Part shown: one piece after another, positions 1-10,119 of the stretch
Layout: each line of letters opens with the position of its first letter
How positions within the stretch are numbered: position 1 is the first letter of the stretch
Assembly (NCBI GenBank): GCA_002422165.1
Contig: DITQ01000008.1
Location: 125,082-189,081 of the forward strand
DNA: 64,000 nucleotides
Direction of reading: 5' to 3'
From: Candidatus Pacebacteria bacterium UBA6180
GTDB taxonomy: Bacteria > Patescibacteriota > Microgenomatia > UBA1400 > PJMF01
Position numbers and translations under genes: made by a program
Notes under the pieces: generated by a model
Database searches by the model: none
Seen by the model: only the letters and a program-made list of their open reading frames with translations
What the model was told of the DNA's origin: nothing

Positions 1-1394
1 GCGTAGGTGTAAAGCATGTAGGGCCCGGAGTTGCCTTGGAGGTTGAGAATTTCTTCCCAATCGAAATTGATGTTGAGGTCAGATTTGCGCTTAAGATCAT
101 TCCATTTGAGCGCGGCGATGCCGACTGCTTCTGCCACTGCCTCATCTTTGGTGAAAGCAAGAGCTTTTTCTTTGGCCTTGGCTAAAACTTCTTGCAGCCA
201 GATGACATTGCCCTTGCGGGTAGACATTTTGCCTTCCTTGAAGCGGTAGAGGCCGTGCTTGACGTGAACTCTCTGTCCCTTGCTGTACCATCCTAGCAGT
301 TCTTCTGCTCGGTAAAGCTGCTTGAAGTAAAAGGCTTGTTCAGCACCAACTTCGTTGATAACTAGTGGTGCACTGCCATCGGCGTTTTGGTAGCGAGTAT
401 TCTCTAGACGCCACTTATCTGTCGCCAAATCTCTGGTAGCATAGAGGGTACTGCCGTCTTTTTTGGCGATCATCAGGGGGCTTAGCTCGTCGTTTGGGTA
501 GAAAATTAGAATTGCGCCTTGCTCACCAGTTTTGGCTAAGCCCTTGGCTTGCAGTTCCTCGATCAATGGCGCCAACATCGGTTCGAAAAATGACTCTCCG
601 TAACCTCGACCGTTATTTTCGGTGAAACTCACTCCCAACTGTTGATAGATTTGCTCGAATTCCTTAAATGACCAGTCGATACATTTCTGCCAGAGGCGTA
701 GCGCTTCTTCGTCACCCTGTTCTAGCTTCTGGAACCACAGGCGTGCTTCATCCTCCAGAGAGAGGTCTGACTCGGCTTCCTGATGAAATTTAACGTAGAG
801 AGCGACTAGCTCCTTGACTGGATTGCTTGATTTAGCGATCTGCTCTTCATCGCCATATTTTTTGATAGCGACGATCTGTTTGCCAAACTGCGTCCCCCAA
901 TCTCCCAGATGGTTGTCACGAAAAACCTTATATCCACTGGCTTCGAGCAGGTTGGCGATGCTGTCGCCGATGATGGTCGAACGTAAATGGCCGACAGTAA
1001 AAGGTTTGGCGATGTTAGGTGAAGAATATTCGACGATAGCGCTTTTACCTTGACCGAGGTCGGTGAAAGTGGCAGTTTTTTCTCGAGTTAAGTTTTCTAG
1101 GCTCTGTAAAAAATACTTATCAGCTAGAGTCAGATTGATGAAACCTGGTCCAGCGATGTTCAATTCTTTGATTATCTTTTGCTGATCGTGAATTTTGATT
1201 TTGTCGATCAAGCTCTGAGCCAGATCTTTAGGAGAATGGAAGCTCTCGCTCAATTTAGCGTAGGCCAACATAGCTAAATTGGTCGACAAATCACCAAAGT
1301 CAGGATTGCTCGGTTTCTCGAGTTTGATCGGTTGATCGATCTCCAAGTCAGCGGCTGCCTGGGCCAAAATATCTAAAAGTGTCTGTTTTTGCAT
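1..1394 (-). CDS. argS: Arginine--tRNA ligase, C-terminus runs off the window
   Basis: Manual translation from ATG at 1394 (MQKQTLLDIL...) is open to base 1. It contains FGDLSTN, GPGFIN, VEYSSPNIAKPFTVGHLRSTIIGD (HIGH-like), NHLGDWGTQFG, KMSTRKG and GNSGPYMLY. Absent from the ORF track because it has no stop in the window. Confidence 0.97.
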   Translation of the reverse strand, partial: MQKQTLLDILAQAAADLEIDQPIKLEKPSNPDFGDLSTNLAMLAYAKLSESFHSPKDLAQSLIDKIKIHDQQKIIKELNIAGPGFINLTLADKYFLQSLENLTREKTATFTDLGQGKSAIVEYSSPNIAKPFTVGHLRSTIIGDSIANLLEASGYKVFRDNHLGDWGTQFGKQIVAIKKYGDEEQIAKSSNPVKELVALYVKFHQEAESDLSLEDEARLWFQKLEQGDEEALRLWQKCIDWSFKEFEQIYQQLGVSFTENNGRGYGESFFEPMLAPLIEELQAKGLAKTGEQGAILIFYPNDELSPLMIAKKDGSTLYATRDLATDKWRLENTRYQNADGSAPLVINEVGAEQAFYFKQLYRAEELLGWYSKGQRVHVKHGLYRFKEGKMSTRKGNVIWLQEVLAKAKEKALAFTKDEAVAEAVGIAALKWNDLKRKSDLNINFDWEEILNLQGNSGPYMLYTY

Positions 1395-1448
1395 GAGCTG
1401 TCTTAGATTCTAGCATAACTCGGGGATTAATTCGCTTCGACTAGATGA

Positions 1449-2972
1449 TTAAAGCTCAGCAGATTTGGGTAGAAAGATGAAAAATCTGCCCTCTCCGTCA
1501 CTACCATTGATAACCTGATTAGCTTGGTGCTCCCCCATGTCATCAAATTTACTGGCTACGACAATGGTGTGAGGTTTTTCTAAATCACTCTGATTAATTT
1601 GATCGGCAAAGAAAAAGAGGTTAAGAATGCCGCCATGGTAAGCAATCGGACTCAATTCAAAAGCAAATAAGGCGTAAATATAAGGGTGTTGATAGTCGCT
1701 AGTAAAAACTATTTGGTCAACTCCCGAGCGATCCATTTGCTTTAGGTAGTGAAAAGTTTCTAAGTAAGCATCGACAAAATCGTCACTACTGCGCAATGGG
1801 TAATCTTGATAATAATGACGCAAGTAAAAGCCGGTAATTAGCAAATAAGCACCAAGTACCAAGCTCGTAAATAGGGCTCGCTGACCATTGAGTGCTTGCC
1901 AAATGGCCCGAAAAGCCAAAACCACCCAGAGAATAATGCCTGGTAGAGCCAGTAAACTACGGTTACTACTTGCCAAGCCTTCGGAAATTACAGCCGGCAA
2001 GAAGCCTAAAACCGTCATTGCTAAGGCTAGGATGAACAAAGCTTTATCTTTGTGTCGCCAAAAAAGGTAGCAAATCATCAAGACAAGAGAAAGTGGCTCT
2101 AAGACACCGAAGCGACCGTCGCCGTGGCGAAAATTACCCAAGTTTTTGCCAAAAATTAGGAAGTCAAGCGACAAATAACTCAGGCTATTATTCAGAAAAA
2201 CAACTGAGGTTTCCAATAAGCCCTGATTAGTAGCAAAAATAGTTGAGCTGGCTCTGGTTAAACCTTGAGCAAACAAGGCATCGTGAATAAAAGGAGCCAA
2301 AAGCAATAAACCCCAAAATCCTGCCCAGATGAGTTGTGATAATCTCCCGCGCAGTAGAGGCCAGTAAGCAAAAAGCAAAAAAATAAACAGAAGCGGCGTA
2401 GTAACCTTACTACTGTGATAGGCATAAAAAGTTAGTGAAGCCAGAGAAACCGCCAAAAGTAAGTTGCCAATTTTCGCCAAGCGCAAATAGCGATAGAAAA
2501 AGTAAAGTGCAAAAAGTAACAAATTGAGCGCTAAGCCAGATTCGAAAGCCAAGCGGCTGTAATGTATGTGCCAAGGGGAGATCGCCAATAAGAATGCAGC
2601 TAAAAGCGCCCACTTATGACGGTGGCGATCGCGACTAAAGACCTCACCAAAGAGCAAATAAATCCCTAAAACTGCCAAGACACCGTGTACTGCAAAAGGC
2701 AAGCGCACCGCCCACAAATTCATCCCAAAAAGTGCGGTTGCTAAGCCACTCTGATAAATGGCCAACGGCGCCTTGTAATCGCCAAAGGAACGAAAACTCA
2801 CTGGCAATCTCTCTAGCCACTCATCGCGCCTGGTGTTAAAAATTGCAAAGCCATTGTAGCCGATGGCTGCCTCATCCCAAGCCATGCCCATAGGCACTTT
2901 GCCCAGCTGATAAAATCTTAGCCCACAAGCCAGCAATAAAACCAGGGCTAGAGGAATGATTTTTTTGAGCAT
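1449..2972 (-). CDS. GT-C fold membrane glycosyltransferase (ArnT/PMT-like)
   Basis: Many TM segments; acidic loop motif WDEAAIGYN...FRSFGDYKAP after TM1; VRLP; ISPWHIHYSR. Confidence 0.85.
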   Translation of the reverse strand: MLKKIIPLALVLLLACGLRFYQLGKVPMGMAWDEAAIGYNGFAIFNTRRDEWLERLPVSFRSFGDYKAPLAIYQSGLATALFGMNLWAVRLPFAVHGVLAVLGIYLLFGEVFSRDRHRHKWALLAAFLLAISPWHIHYSRLAFESGLALNLLLFALYFFYRYLRLAKIGNLLLAVSLASLTFYAYHSSKVTTPLLFIFLLFAYWPLLRGRLSQLIWAGFWGLLLLAPFIHDALFAQGLTRASSTIFATNQGLLETSVVFLNNSLSYLSLDFLIFGKNLGNFRHGDGRFGVLEPLSLVLMICYLFWRHKDKALFILALAMTVLGFLPAVISEGLASSNRSLLALPGIILWVVLAFRAIWQALNGQRALFTSLVLGAYLLITGFYLRHYYQDYPLRSSDDFVDAYLETFHYLKQMDRSGVDQIVFTSDYQHPYIYALFAFELSPIAYHGGILNLFFFADQINQSDLEKPHTIVVASKFDDMGEHQANQVINGSDGEGRFFIFLPKSAEL

Positions 2973-2988
2973 TTTTTGATTTGATTTC

Positions 2989-3852
2989 TCAACGCATCTT
3001 AATAAACCAATAAGGCTGCCAAAGTAAAAATGCTAGTTTCTGCCAAAAATTAGCATTTTTCCAAGTAAATTTTTTGGCATTGCGCCAACTAATCTCACGA
3101 ATTTTCTTCTCACCAAAAACACTCTGGTTGGTAGTTTCGTGATTGTGATCAACTTGAGCCCGAGGTTCAAATAAAACCAAGTAGCCTCTTTTTTTTGCTT
3201 GATAAGAAAGATCGATGTCTTCCCAGTAGGCTGGATAGTAGCGCTTGTCGAAGCCGCCAATTTCTTCAAAAAAAGACTTGCGAAACATGGCACTGCCACC
3301 GCTTGCCCAGGCAGTCTCACCAGCCGACATATCTTGGTGACGACTGTGCAAAAACATGCCACGCTCAAACCATAGTATATTGCGTCCACCAATCTCGCCC
3401 AGGTGGGTTTCGTGTTCGAGACAACCCACCGCAAAAACCCTCGGCTGTTCGAAGTTCAAGAGCAAAAATTTAAGACAATCTCGATGAGGAGCGACATCAT
3501 TGTTAATGAGAAAAACCAATTCGTTTCTAGCAATCTGGAACCCACGATTGGCCGAAGCGCCAAAGCGCTGATTTTCATGATTGATAAGTAGAATGACTTC
3601 AATTTTTTTGGAATTTTTTTGGTAGCTACCAAGGTAGTAATCAACTGCAAAATCTGCAAAAGGTTTTTGCTTGACTTTGAAATTTTGTTTAAACCAAGCT
3701 AAAGTGTCGTCTTCTGGGCCGCTAGCATCATCAATCACAATCAGCTCATCGCCATCACGCATGCAGTCAAAAACTGCTGCTAAATTCTTTTTGTAAAGGT
3801 GAACTCCTCGGTAGCTTGGAATGATGACTGAGACTTGGATTGAGTGAGACAT
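2989..3852 (-). CDS. Glycosyltransferase family 2
   Basis: VSVIIPSY, VIDDASG, LINNDV, GGFDKRYYPAYWEDIDLS. Confidence 0.9.
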   Translation of the reverse strand: MSHSIQVSVIIPSYRGVHLYKKNLAAVFDCMRDGDELIVIDDASGPEDDTLAWFKQNFKVKQKPFADFAVDYYLGSYQKNSKKIEVILLINHENQRFGASANRGFQIARNELVFLINNDVAPHRDCLKFLLLNFEQPRVFAVGCLEHETHLGEIGGRNILWFERGMFLHSRHQDMSAGETAWASGGSAMFRKSFFEEIGGFDKRYYPAYWEDIDLSYQAKKRGYLVLFEPRAQVDHNHETTNQSVFGEKKIREISWRNAKKFTWKNANFWQKLAFLLWQPYWFIKMR

Positions 3853-4953
3853 TTACTTGTCCAGCATGGTTAATAAAATTTTATTAAACTTGTCCTTGGA
3901 AAATTCTTGACTGCGAATTTTCACTTTTTGTGCCAAGGCTGTAAGCTTAGTTTTATTTTTGATCAAACCTAGAGTTTTGGCAAGACATGCGTCTTCCTCA
4001 TCCCACATGCAATCTTGTAATTTTGAACCTAAAATTTCTTTTTGACCACCTTTGTTAATCACCACTGGCACCACTCCTGCCGCCATGGCTTCCAGAGTAG
4101 AGATACCAAAATGCTCAGCTTTTTCTGGTTCGACATTCTCATCGATACCGTAGCCTGTAGCGTGCCAATAAATGCTTGCTCGCTGGTAATAATCAAGCAA
4201 GAGACCGCGATCAGCGTCATGAATTAGAGTAATTTTGAATTCACCAACTTGCGCCGCCACTTGATTAGCAAAATCTTGGTCCTCAGCTCTACCAATTAAA
4301 ATTAGCTCCCAGTTTTTCATGTCCTTTGGAGCAGTTTTAACTAATTTTTTAAAAAATTCCACAAGAACGTCCTGACGCTTGCTGTGCAGCTGACGAAAAA
4401 AGCGACCAACTGATAAAATCATTTGCTCTTTATGTGGTGGTTTTTCTAGGGGAGGCAGTTCCACATAGGGCTGGTGAACATAATCAATTTTGGTTCGCCA
4501 ATATTTTTCAATATAGTTCTTGGTGAAGTATGAGTTGGTATTTTTGACTGACCAATTAGCCAACTTGAGTTTTTCCAAGAAAGAAGATTTATCGAGAGGC
4601 AGCGGTACTTGGATGTGCAAAATATTTTTCTTGGCCAAAGAGAAAAAAAGGCTGCCATCGGTTTGATAATAAAGGCAATCAAATTGTCTAGTCCACAATA
4701 ATTTTTTTAAAAGATTGCTGCTTGTAAAAAGTGGCGTAGCGATAAACTCAATTCCCACCAAAGAACAGTCTAAAAACTGCTCATATTTACCTCTCATTTC
4801 TGTTGCCTCATCTAAACTTAGATCCTGAGTGTCACTAACTGCGATAAAAACCTGATGTCCTGCGGCAGCGGCTAGTCTGGCGCAGTCAAGCATGTATTTT
4901 TCACCACCCCCAGTATGCTTGGGCAAATAAGGTGAGTAAAAAGCAATTTTCAT
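3853..4953 (-). CDS. Glycosyltransferase family 4
   Basis: GGGEKY N-terminus, SVGRF, EHFGISTLEAMAAG (EX7E). Confidence 0.9.
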   Translation of the reverse strand: MKIAFYSPYLPKHTGGGEKYMLDCARLAAAAGHQVFIAVSDTQDLSLDEATEMRGKYEQFLDCSLVGIEFIATPLFTSSNLLKKLLWTRQFDCLYYQTDGSLFFSLAKKNILHIQVPLPLDKSSFLEKLKLANWSVKNTNSYFTKNYIEKYWRTKIDYVHQPYVELPPLEKPPHKEQMILSVGRFFRQLHSKRQDVLVEFFKKLVKTAPKDMKNWELILIGRAEDQDFANQVAAQVGEFKITLIHDADRGLLLDYYQRASIYWHATGYGIDENVEPEKAEHFGISTLEAMAAGVVPVVINKGGQKEILGSKLQDCMWDEEDACLAKTLGLIKNKTKLTALAQKVKIRSQEFSKDKFNKILLTMLDK

Positions 4954-5774
4954 CTAAGCTTGCCTTCCTCGCGCCAAAGTTTCTTGATTGCTTGTTCTTC
5001 TTTTTCGTAACGCGCTTGGAGACTTGGTTTTTGTTGCAATTCCCAAACCTGAATGTAAACAATCATTCTATTCATGGCTTGCACTAGAGCTTCAATTAGA
5101 CCGGCCATGCCGTCTTTGTAGCCCTGATGTTTGAAGGCACGGCGATAAAACTCCATGACGCCTTTACGCAAAATTAGCGGCAAAGAAATTTTGCGCACTG
5201 TCGCTGCCTCTAAAGCTTTGGCTTCCTTAATCGTCCAATCAGCACTCTTGCGCAAATTATCCCGAGTGTTGCGGTGAGTTAGATGAAGCATTTTGTGCTG
5301 CAAACGCAATGCCTCACCAGTAAAAATAGGGCTTTCGTGAATTTCTCCTTGCCAACCAAGAAGTGCAGTTTTGTGAAATACTCTAGTTACTAAGTCATTT
5401 TGCCAATTACCATAAGCAAAGCGTTGCCCATAACAAACATTTTCGCGATTAATGGTCATTGCTCGAACGTCGTCTTGCTCTATATGCAACAGAATTTCTT
5501 TGGCTAGGGCTGGAGTAACTCGCTCATCAGCATCGATGTAAAAAAGCCAGTCAGTCTCGACTAATGAAGCAGCTTTCTCGCGCAATTTAGCAAAAGATTC
5601 ATGGCTAAAGCTGACCACTTTACAACCATAGTGTTCGGCAATTTTGCCAGTTCGGTCAGTTGAGCCAGTGTCAAGCACTATGATATTTTGACAGAAGCTT
5701 AAAGTATCTAAGCAGGCCTCCAACATCTGCCCTTCATTTTTAGCGATAATAACTGCACTTAAATTTGATTTCAT
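4950..5774 (-). CDS. Glycosyltransferase family 2 (beta-4-glucosyltransferase/WaaE-like subgroup)
   Basis: SAVIIAKNE, DTGSTD, IDADER, IHES, C-terminal GYKDGMAG. Confidence 0.88.
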   Translation of the reverse strand: MKSNLSAVIIAKNEGQMLEACLDTLSFCQNIIVLDTGSTDRTGKIAEHYGCKVVSFSHESFAKLREKAASLVETDWLFYIDADERVTPALAKEILLHIEQDDVRAMTINRENVCYGQRFAYGNWQNDLVTRVFHKTALLGWQGEIHESPIFTGEALRLQHKMLHLTHRNTRDNLRKSADWTIKEAKALEAATVRKISLPLILRKGVMEFYRRAFKHQGYKDGMAGLIEALVQAMNRMIVYIQVWELQQKPSLQARYEKEEQAIKKLWREEGKLR

Positions 5775-5786
5775 AATTTTAAAATT

Positions 5787-6710
5787 CTAGACTACCGCTT
5801 GCTTGCCCATTCTTCCGATAAAAACATCAATGACTGCCTTGCGCTCGCTACGACTACCACCCAGCAAACTATTAAGAGCCAATCGCAGTGCAGTTAATTT
5901 GTAGCGCCAAGGAGCATGACGCATAGCCAAAAAAATACGATTGCGGGTCTGATAATATTGCTGCAAGGTAGAGCCAGCTCCTCCAGACGAACGACCAATT
6001 TTATGGTAAACCACTGAGCTTGGACAATAAACTACTTTGAGCCCAGCCTCTTTTACTCTGAGACTAAAATCAACGTCTTCACTATAAAGAAAATAGCGGT
6101 CATCAAGACGACCCACTCGCTCAATCACCTCTCGACTAATCAGGGTGACACAACCAGTAGCATAGTCCGTCTCTATAATCTGGTCGAAGTGGCCACGATC
6201 TACTTCATCAATACCAATGTGATAAGAAAGTAGATTGGTCCAATCAACTTTACCGCCCACATACCAGAGAACTTTATGCCTCTCTGCTTCTTTATAGGAA
6301 TCATTAAAATATTCGAAACCACGGTGAAAATATATTTTTGGAGCAACAAGACCAATTTTTGGATCTTTCTTAGCTAAATTGTAGAGTTCTTGCAAAAATT
6401 CATTGTCCACGATCGTGTCAGAGTTGAGTAGCAAATAATAATCACTATCGTAAGTATCGATGGCGTGTTGAATGCCTAAATTGTTGCCACCAGAAAACCC
6501 CAAGTTACCGTCACTTAGCAGAAGTTCTACTTTGGGATTTTTTTGCAAAAAATCTTGACTAAATTTCAAAGTATCTTTAGAGCCGTTGTCAACCACAATG
6601 ATTTTGTAGTCAAAAGCAAAATGCTTAAGATCGGCCAAGGACTTGATCGCAGCCTTGGTCTCCTCTGGGGTATTGTAATTAACTATGATGATGGAAATAT
6701 GATTGGTCAT
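5787..6710 (-). CDS. Glycosyltransferase family 2 (WbbL/rhamnosyltransferase-like subgroup)
   Basis: IIIVNYN, VDNGS, NLGFSGGNN, LLNSDT, FLYSEDVDFS, YQTRNR. Confidence 0.88.
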   Translation of the reverse strand: MTNHISIIIVNYNTPEETKAAIKSLADLKHFAFDYKIIVVDNGSKDTLKFSQDFLQKNPKVELLLSDGNLGFSGGNNLGIQHAIDTYDSDYYLLLNSDTIVDNEFLQELYNLAKKDPKIGLVAPKIYFHRGFEYFNDSYKEAERHKVLWYVGGKVDWTNLLSYHIGIDEVDRGHFDQIIETDYATGCVTLISREVIERVGRLDDRYFLYSEDVDFSLRVKEAGLKVVYCPSSVVYHKIGRSSGGAGSTLQQYYQTRNRIFLAMRHAPWRYKLTALRLALNSLLGGSRSERKAVIDVFIGRMGKQAVV

Positions 6711-7630
6711 AATCTAAATTTTCTACGAAATGTAGCAAGCAACTTTCGCCAACCCTTGCTTTCTCGCGCCTCCAAATCTCTTACCCAATAGTTTAAATCT
6801 TTTTGGAAACGTCGCAAGTCGGCAAGAACCTTTTCTGGATGGCTAGTTTCCAGGGCAGCATCATTGCCCAGCAGGTCAAAAATTTTCATTTGCACAGTCA
6901 TCTGATAAGCAGCCTGCATAGCACTCATGTAAAAGCCGCGCGCACCATCCAGATAGCCTTGCTTCTGGAAAAATCTGCGCAAAAAATCATCGCTGAAAGC
7001 TTGCAGTAACGTGGAATTGCTAATAATGAAGTCTTTGGCCAAGATTTGGCTTTTCTGCTCTGCCTCAATGTCGGTGTAGCGATCAAAACGAGCCAAATAA
7101 TCCTTGGTGTCATCGTAATTGTGGTGCAAAATGGCCAATTCTTCTTCAGCTGGCAGAATTTCAGCTTCTTTTTTGGCGGCAATAATTGGTCGAGAGTGAA
7201 TGGCCTCTGACCAACTGACCAGCCCACGCTTGAAAAAACGCAGTTGATAATCTGGCCACCAACCTGTGTGTTGCATCCAATAGCCACTGACTATATTTTT
7301 GCGTGGTAGATAAAAAGCTTGAGATCCATCTAGTTTGGTCAGATCTTTTAGCTTGGTGGCCAGAGTGGGTGGAATTTCCTCATCGCCATCTAACACCAGG
7401 GTCCAGTCTTGCGTCGCTTTTTCTAGGGCAAAATTACGGACTGGCTCGACAAAACGGCTGTCTTGAGGATATTCATAAATTTTACTGCAATATTTTTTGG
7501 CTAATTTGACTGTCTCATCTGTGCTTTTGATGTCCACTAAAATTATTTCTTTAGCAAATTGTACGGACTCCAAAATACGAACAATGGTTTTCTTAGAATT
7601 CTTACTGATAACAACTACTGAAATAGACAT
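6707..7630 (-). CDS. Glycosyltransferase family 2 (WaaE-like subgroup)
   Basis: ISVVVISKN, LDGDEE, GWWPDYQLRFF, GYLDGARG. Start moved to ATG 7630 because the longer TTG start would overlap the divergent gene. Confidence 0.88.
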   Translation of the reverse strand: MSISVVVISKNSKKTIVRILESVQFAKEIILVDIKSTDETVKLAKKYCSKIYEYPQDSRFVEPVRNFALEKATQDWTLVLDGDEEIPPTLATKLKDLTKLDGSQAFYLPRKNIVSGYWMQHTGWWPDYQLRFFKRGLVSWSEAIHSRPIIAAKKEAEILPAEEELAILHHNYDDTKDYLARFDRYTDIEAEQKSQILAKDFIISNSTLLQAFSDDFLRRFFQKQGYLDGARGFYMSAMQAAYQMTVQMKIFDLLGNDAALETSHPEKVLADLRRFQKDLNYWVRDLEARESKGWRKLLATFRRKFRL

Positions 7631-7654
7631 ATTAATAGTATGATAGCAGTTGTC
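7631..7654. promoter_or_regulatory. Overlapping divergent -10 boxes in a 24-bp gap
   Basis: Plus TATGAT at 7639-7644, 10 nt before ATG 7655. Minus TGcTATCAT, 9 nt before ATG 7630. Confidence 0.55.
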
Positions 7655-8386
7655 ATGCAAAAACTTAAGTCTCTGTCTGTTTTCTTCCCTGTTTACAACG
7701 AAGAAGCAAATCTAGAAATTTTAATTGATCAAGCTGCTCGCATCATCCCTACTCTAGCTAAAAAATACGAATTGTTGATTGTCGACGATGGTAGTTTAGA
7801 TCAAAGTGCCACCATTGCCAAACGCCTATGTAAAAAATATTCTCAAGTGCACTTAATTTCACACCCTCAAAATTTGGGTTACGGAGAAGTGCTTAAAACT
7901 GGTATCAAAAAGGCACAATACCAATGGATTTTCTGGACTGACAGTGATTTGCAATTTGATCTAAACGAGTTAGCGCATTTCGTGAAAGCCAGTCAAAATT
8001 CTTCGGCGATGATCGGTTTTCGAAAGAAAAGGTCTGAGGGCTTACGAAGACAATTAAACGCCAGTCTTTTCAAAATTTACATCGACCTATTGTTTCGTTT
8101 GCACGTCAAAGATATTGATTGTGCCTTTAAATTAATTCGTGCTGATTTATTAAAATCTCTAAAACTCAATTCTGGCAGTGCCTTTACTAGTGCTGAGATT
8201 CTCTATCGACTCAAGAAAAAAGGTGTGAAATTCAAGCAAATTGGAGTCAACCACTACCCACGTCTCTACGGCCGAGCAACAGGCTCCAACTTCAAAGTTG
8301 TCATCAAGGCTTGCTACGAAGCACTGACTACATATTTAAATATCAAGCTCTCTTCTCTAAAATGGACTGAGGAAGCCAAAAAATGA
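7655..8386 (+). CDS. GT2 polyprenol-phosphate glycosyltransferase (DPM/DPG synthase-like)
   Basis: SVFFPVYNEE, VDDGSLD, NLGYG, TDSDLQ, DIDCAFKL, HYPRLYG. Confidence 0.85.
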   Translation: MQKLKSLSVFFPVYNEEANLEILIDQAARIIPTLAKKYELLIVDDGSLDQSATIAKRLCKKYSQVHLISHPQNLGYGEVLKTGIKKAQYQWIFWTDSDLQFDLNELAHFVKASQNSSAMIGFRKKRSEGLRRQLNASLFKIYIDLLFRLHVKDIDCAFKLIRADLLKSLKLNSGSAFTSAEILYRLKKKGVKFKQIGVNHYPRLYGRATGSNFKVVIKACYEALTTYLNIKLSSLKWTEEAKK

Positions 8387-10119
8387 TACAGTTTTTCAAT
8401 CAACTTTCTGAGCTAGTCAAAACTTGGCTAATTTTTTGTATCTTGTTTTTGATTTTATTGGCCAGCAGTTATGCTTTGCTTCATCCTAGTTTTTTTCACC
8501 TACATGATTTTACCCACGCGGCGCGTATTGCCGAAATGGTTCGTGGCTTAGACGCTGGGCAATTACCAGTACGCTGGAGTGAGAACTTTGGTTATGGTTT
8601 TGGCATGCCTTTGTTCAACTTCTACGCTCCATTACCTTACTTTGTTGGAGCTTTGTTTTATAAAGTTGGCTTTTCCCTACTTGCTAGCATCAAATTGCTT
8701 TATTTATTAACAGGCGCCTTGACCATAATAAGTTCTTATTTGCTTGGTCGCCAACTTTTGGGACGACTAGGAGGTCTCGTTCTAGCTGCGGCCTACACCT
8801 TGGCGCCATATCGCGCCCTCAATTTGTTCGTCAGAGGTGCTCTAAGCGAAGCGCTTGCCATGTCTTTTCTACCAGTCGTACTTTGGGCAATCGTCGCTTT
8901 TAGCAAGAAGCAAGACAAAAAATATTTGTTCTTTTTGGTTTTGTCACTTTTTGGCATTATCTTGTCGCACAACCTAACAGCCTTGATTTTTATTCCGCTA
9001 GCGGCTTTGTTTACTTTTTTGTACTTATGGCGCTTAGATCGCTTAAAATTGCTCTGGCCAATCGCTGGTCAATTTATCTTGGCAGCGGCACTAAGTGCTT
9101 TTTACATGCTGCCAGCTTTATTGGAAAAAAATGACACCGTGATTGAGCGAATTTTTGCTGGTTATTTCCATTATTCTCACCACTTCCTCTACCTGCGACA
9201 GTTTTTTCAAGACAACTGGGCCTATGGTGGTTCAGGCTGGGGGCCAGGGGACGATGTTTCTTTTTTTCTTGGCTTTGGACAACTTAGCGGCTTATTGGTT
9301 TTGATGGTTTTATTGTTAGGCAAACTGAGACGAGGCCTGTTAACTCTCACTCGGCGCAAGGAGTTCTTTTTATTGGTAACCATTGGCTTAATGTTGATCT
9401 TTAGCTTACTAATGAGCACTTTCAAAACTCAATGGCTCTGGGATCGTGTCAGTTTGCTACAATTCATCCAGTTTCCTTGGAGGTTTTTGTCAGCTGCCTC
9501 GCTTTTTGTCGCCATATTAGTTGCCTTTAATTTTGCTTGGCTGCGTGGTTTTGGCAAACGCTTGATTTTAGCCTTGATCTTGCTGGTTTTGTTGTTTACT
9601 AACGCTCGTTATTTCCAACCAGAGAAGTACTTAGATAATGCCGCTGCTCTCTACTATGGTGAACCAGAGAGAATTCGAAATGAAATGAGCGAAATCTTAC
9701 CAGATTATATTCCGAAACAAATGCCTGAGGAAAAAGTTCTGCGAGAAAAAAATCAGGAACTACCAGCGCTTTGGTTAAATAATGAAATGTATACGAAAAA
9801 TGACGACGACAAATTAGAAATAATGCTTGATCGCGGTTTTGAAAAAATGGCCCTAATTGATTCTGGCCAAGAGCAAATCTTGAATTTCAAAGTCGCCTAT
9901 TTTCCTGGTTGGCAAGCTGAAGTTGATGGTCAAAGCCAGGAAATTTTAGTTAGTGAAAGCTTGGGTAACATTCAAGTGCGTGTGCCAAAGGGCGAACATA
10001 AAGTGGTAATTTATTTTAGTGAGCAGACGCCTGCTCGAATTTGGGGAGATGCTATTTCTCTCTTAGCCTTGTTGATCTGTTTTTATTACTTCGCTCCATT
10101 TGCCAAAAACAAAAAATAA
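8383..10119 (+). CDS. GT-C-like membrane protein (YfhO / PTPS-related membrane domain)
   Basis: HDFTHAARI, GYGFGMPLFNFYAP, RGALSE, IQFPWRF; C-terminal YFPGWQAEVDG (YfhO-type domain). Confidence 0.8.
   Translation: MIQFFNQLSELVKTWLIFCILFLILLASSYALLHPSFFHLHDFTHAARIAEMVRGLDAGQLPVRWSENFGYGFGMPLFNFYAPLPYFVGALFYKVGFSLLASIKLLYLLTGALTIISSYLLGRQLLGRLGGLVLAAAYTLAPYRALNLFVRGALSEALAMSFLPVVLWAIVAFSKKQDKKYLFFLVLSLFGIILSHNLTALIFIPLAALFTFLYLWRLDRLKLLWPIAGQFILAAALSAFYMLPALLEKNDTVIERIFAGYFHYSHHFLYLRQFFQDNWAYGGSGWGPGDDVSFFLGFGQLSGLLVLMVLLLGKLRRGLLTLTRRKEFFLLVTIGLMLIFSLLMSTFKTQWLWDRVSLLQFIQFPWRFLSAASLFVAILVAFNFAWLRGFGKRLILALILLVLLFTNARYFQPEKYLDNAAALYYGEPERIRNEMSEILPDYIPKQMPEEKVLREKNQELPALWLNNEMYTKNDDDKLEIMLDRGFEKMALIDSGQEQILNFKVAYFPGWQAEVDGQSQEILVSESLGNIQVRVPKGEHKVVIYFSEQTPARIWGDAISLLALLICFYYFAPFAKNKK

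Noticed and set aside
4950-7630. LPS core biosynthesis implied by WaaE-like GT2s
   Set aside because: No lipid A, Kdo or heptose genes in the window; the subfamily resemblance does not define the acceptor.
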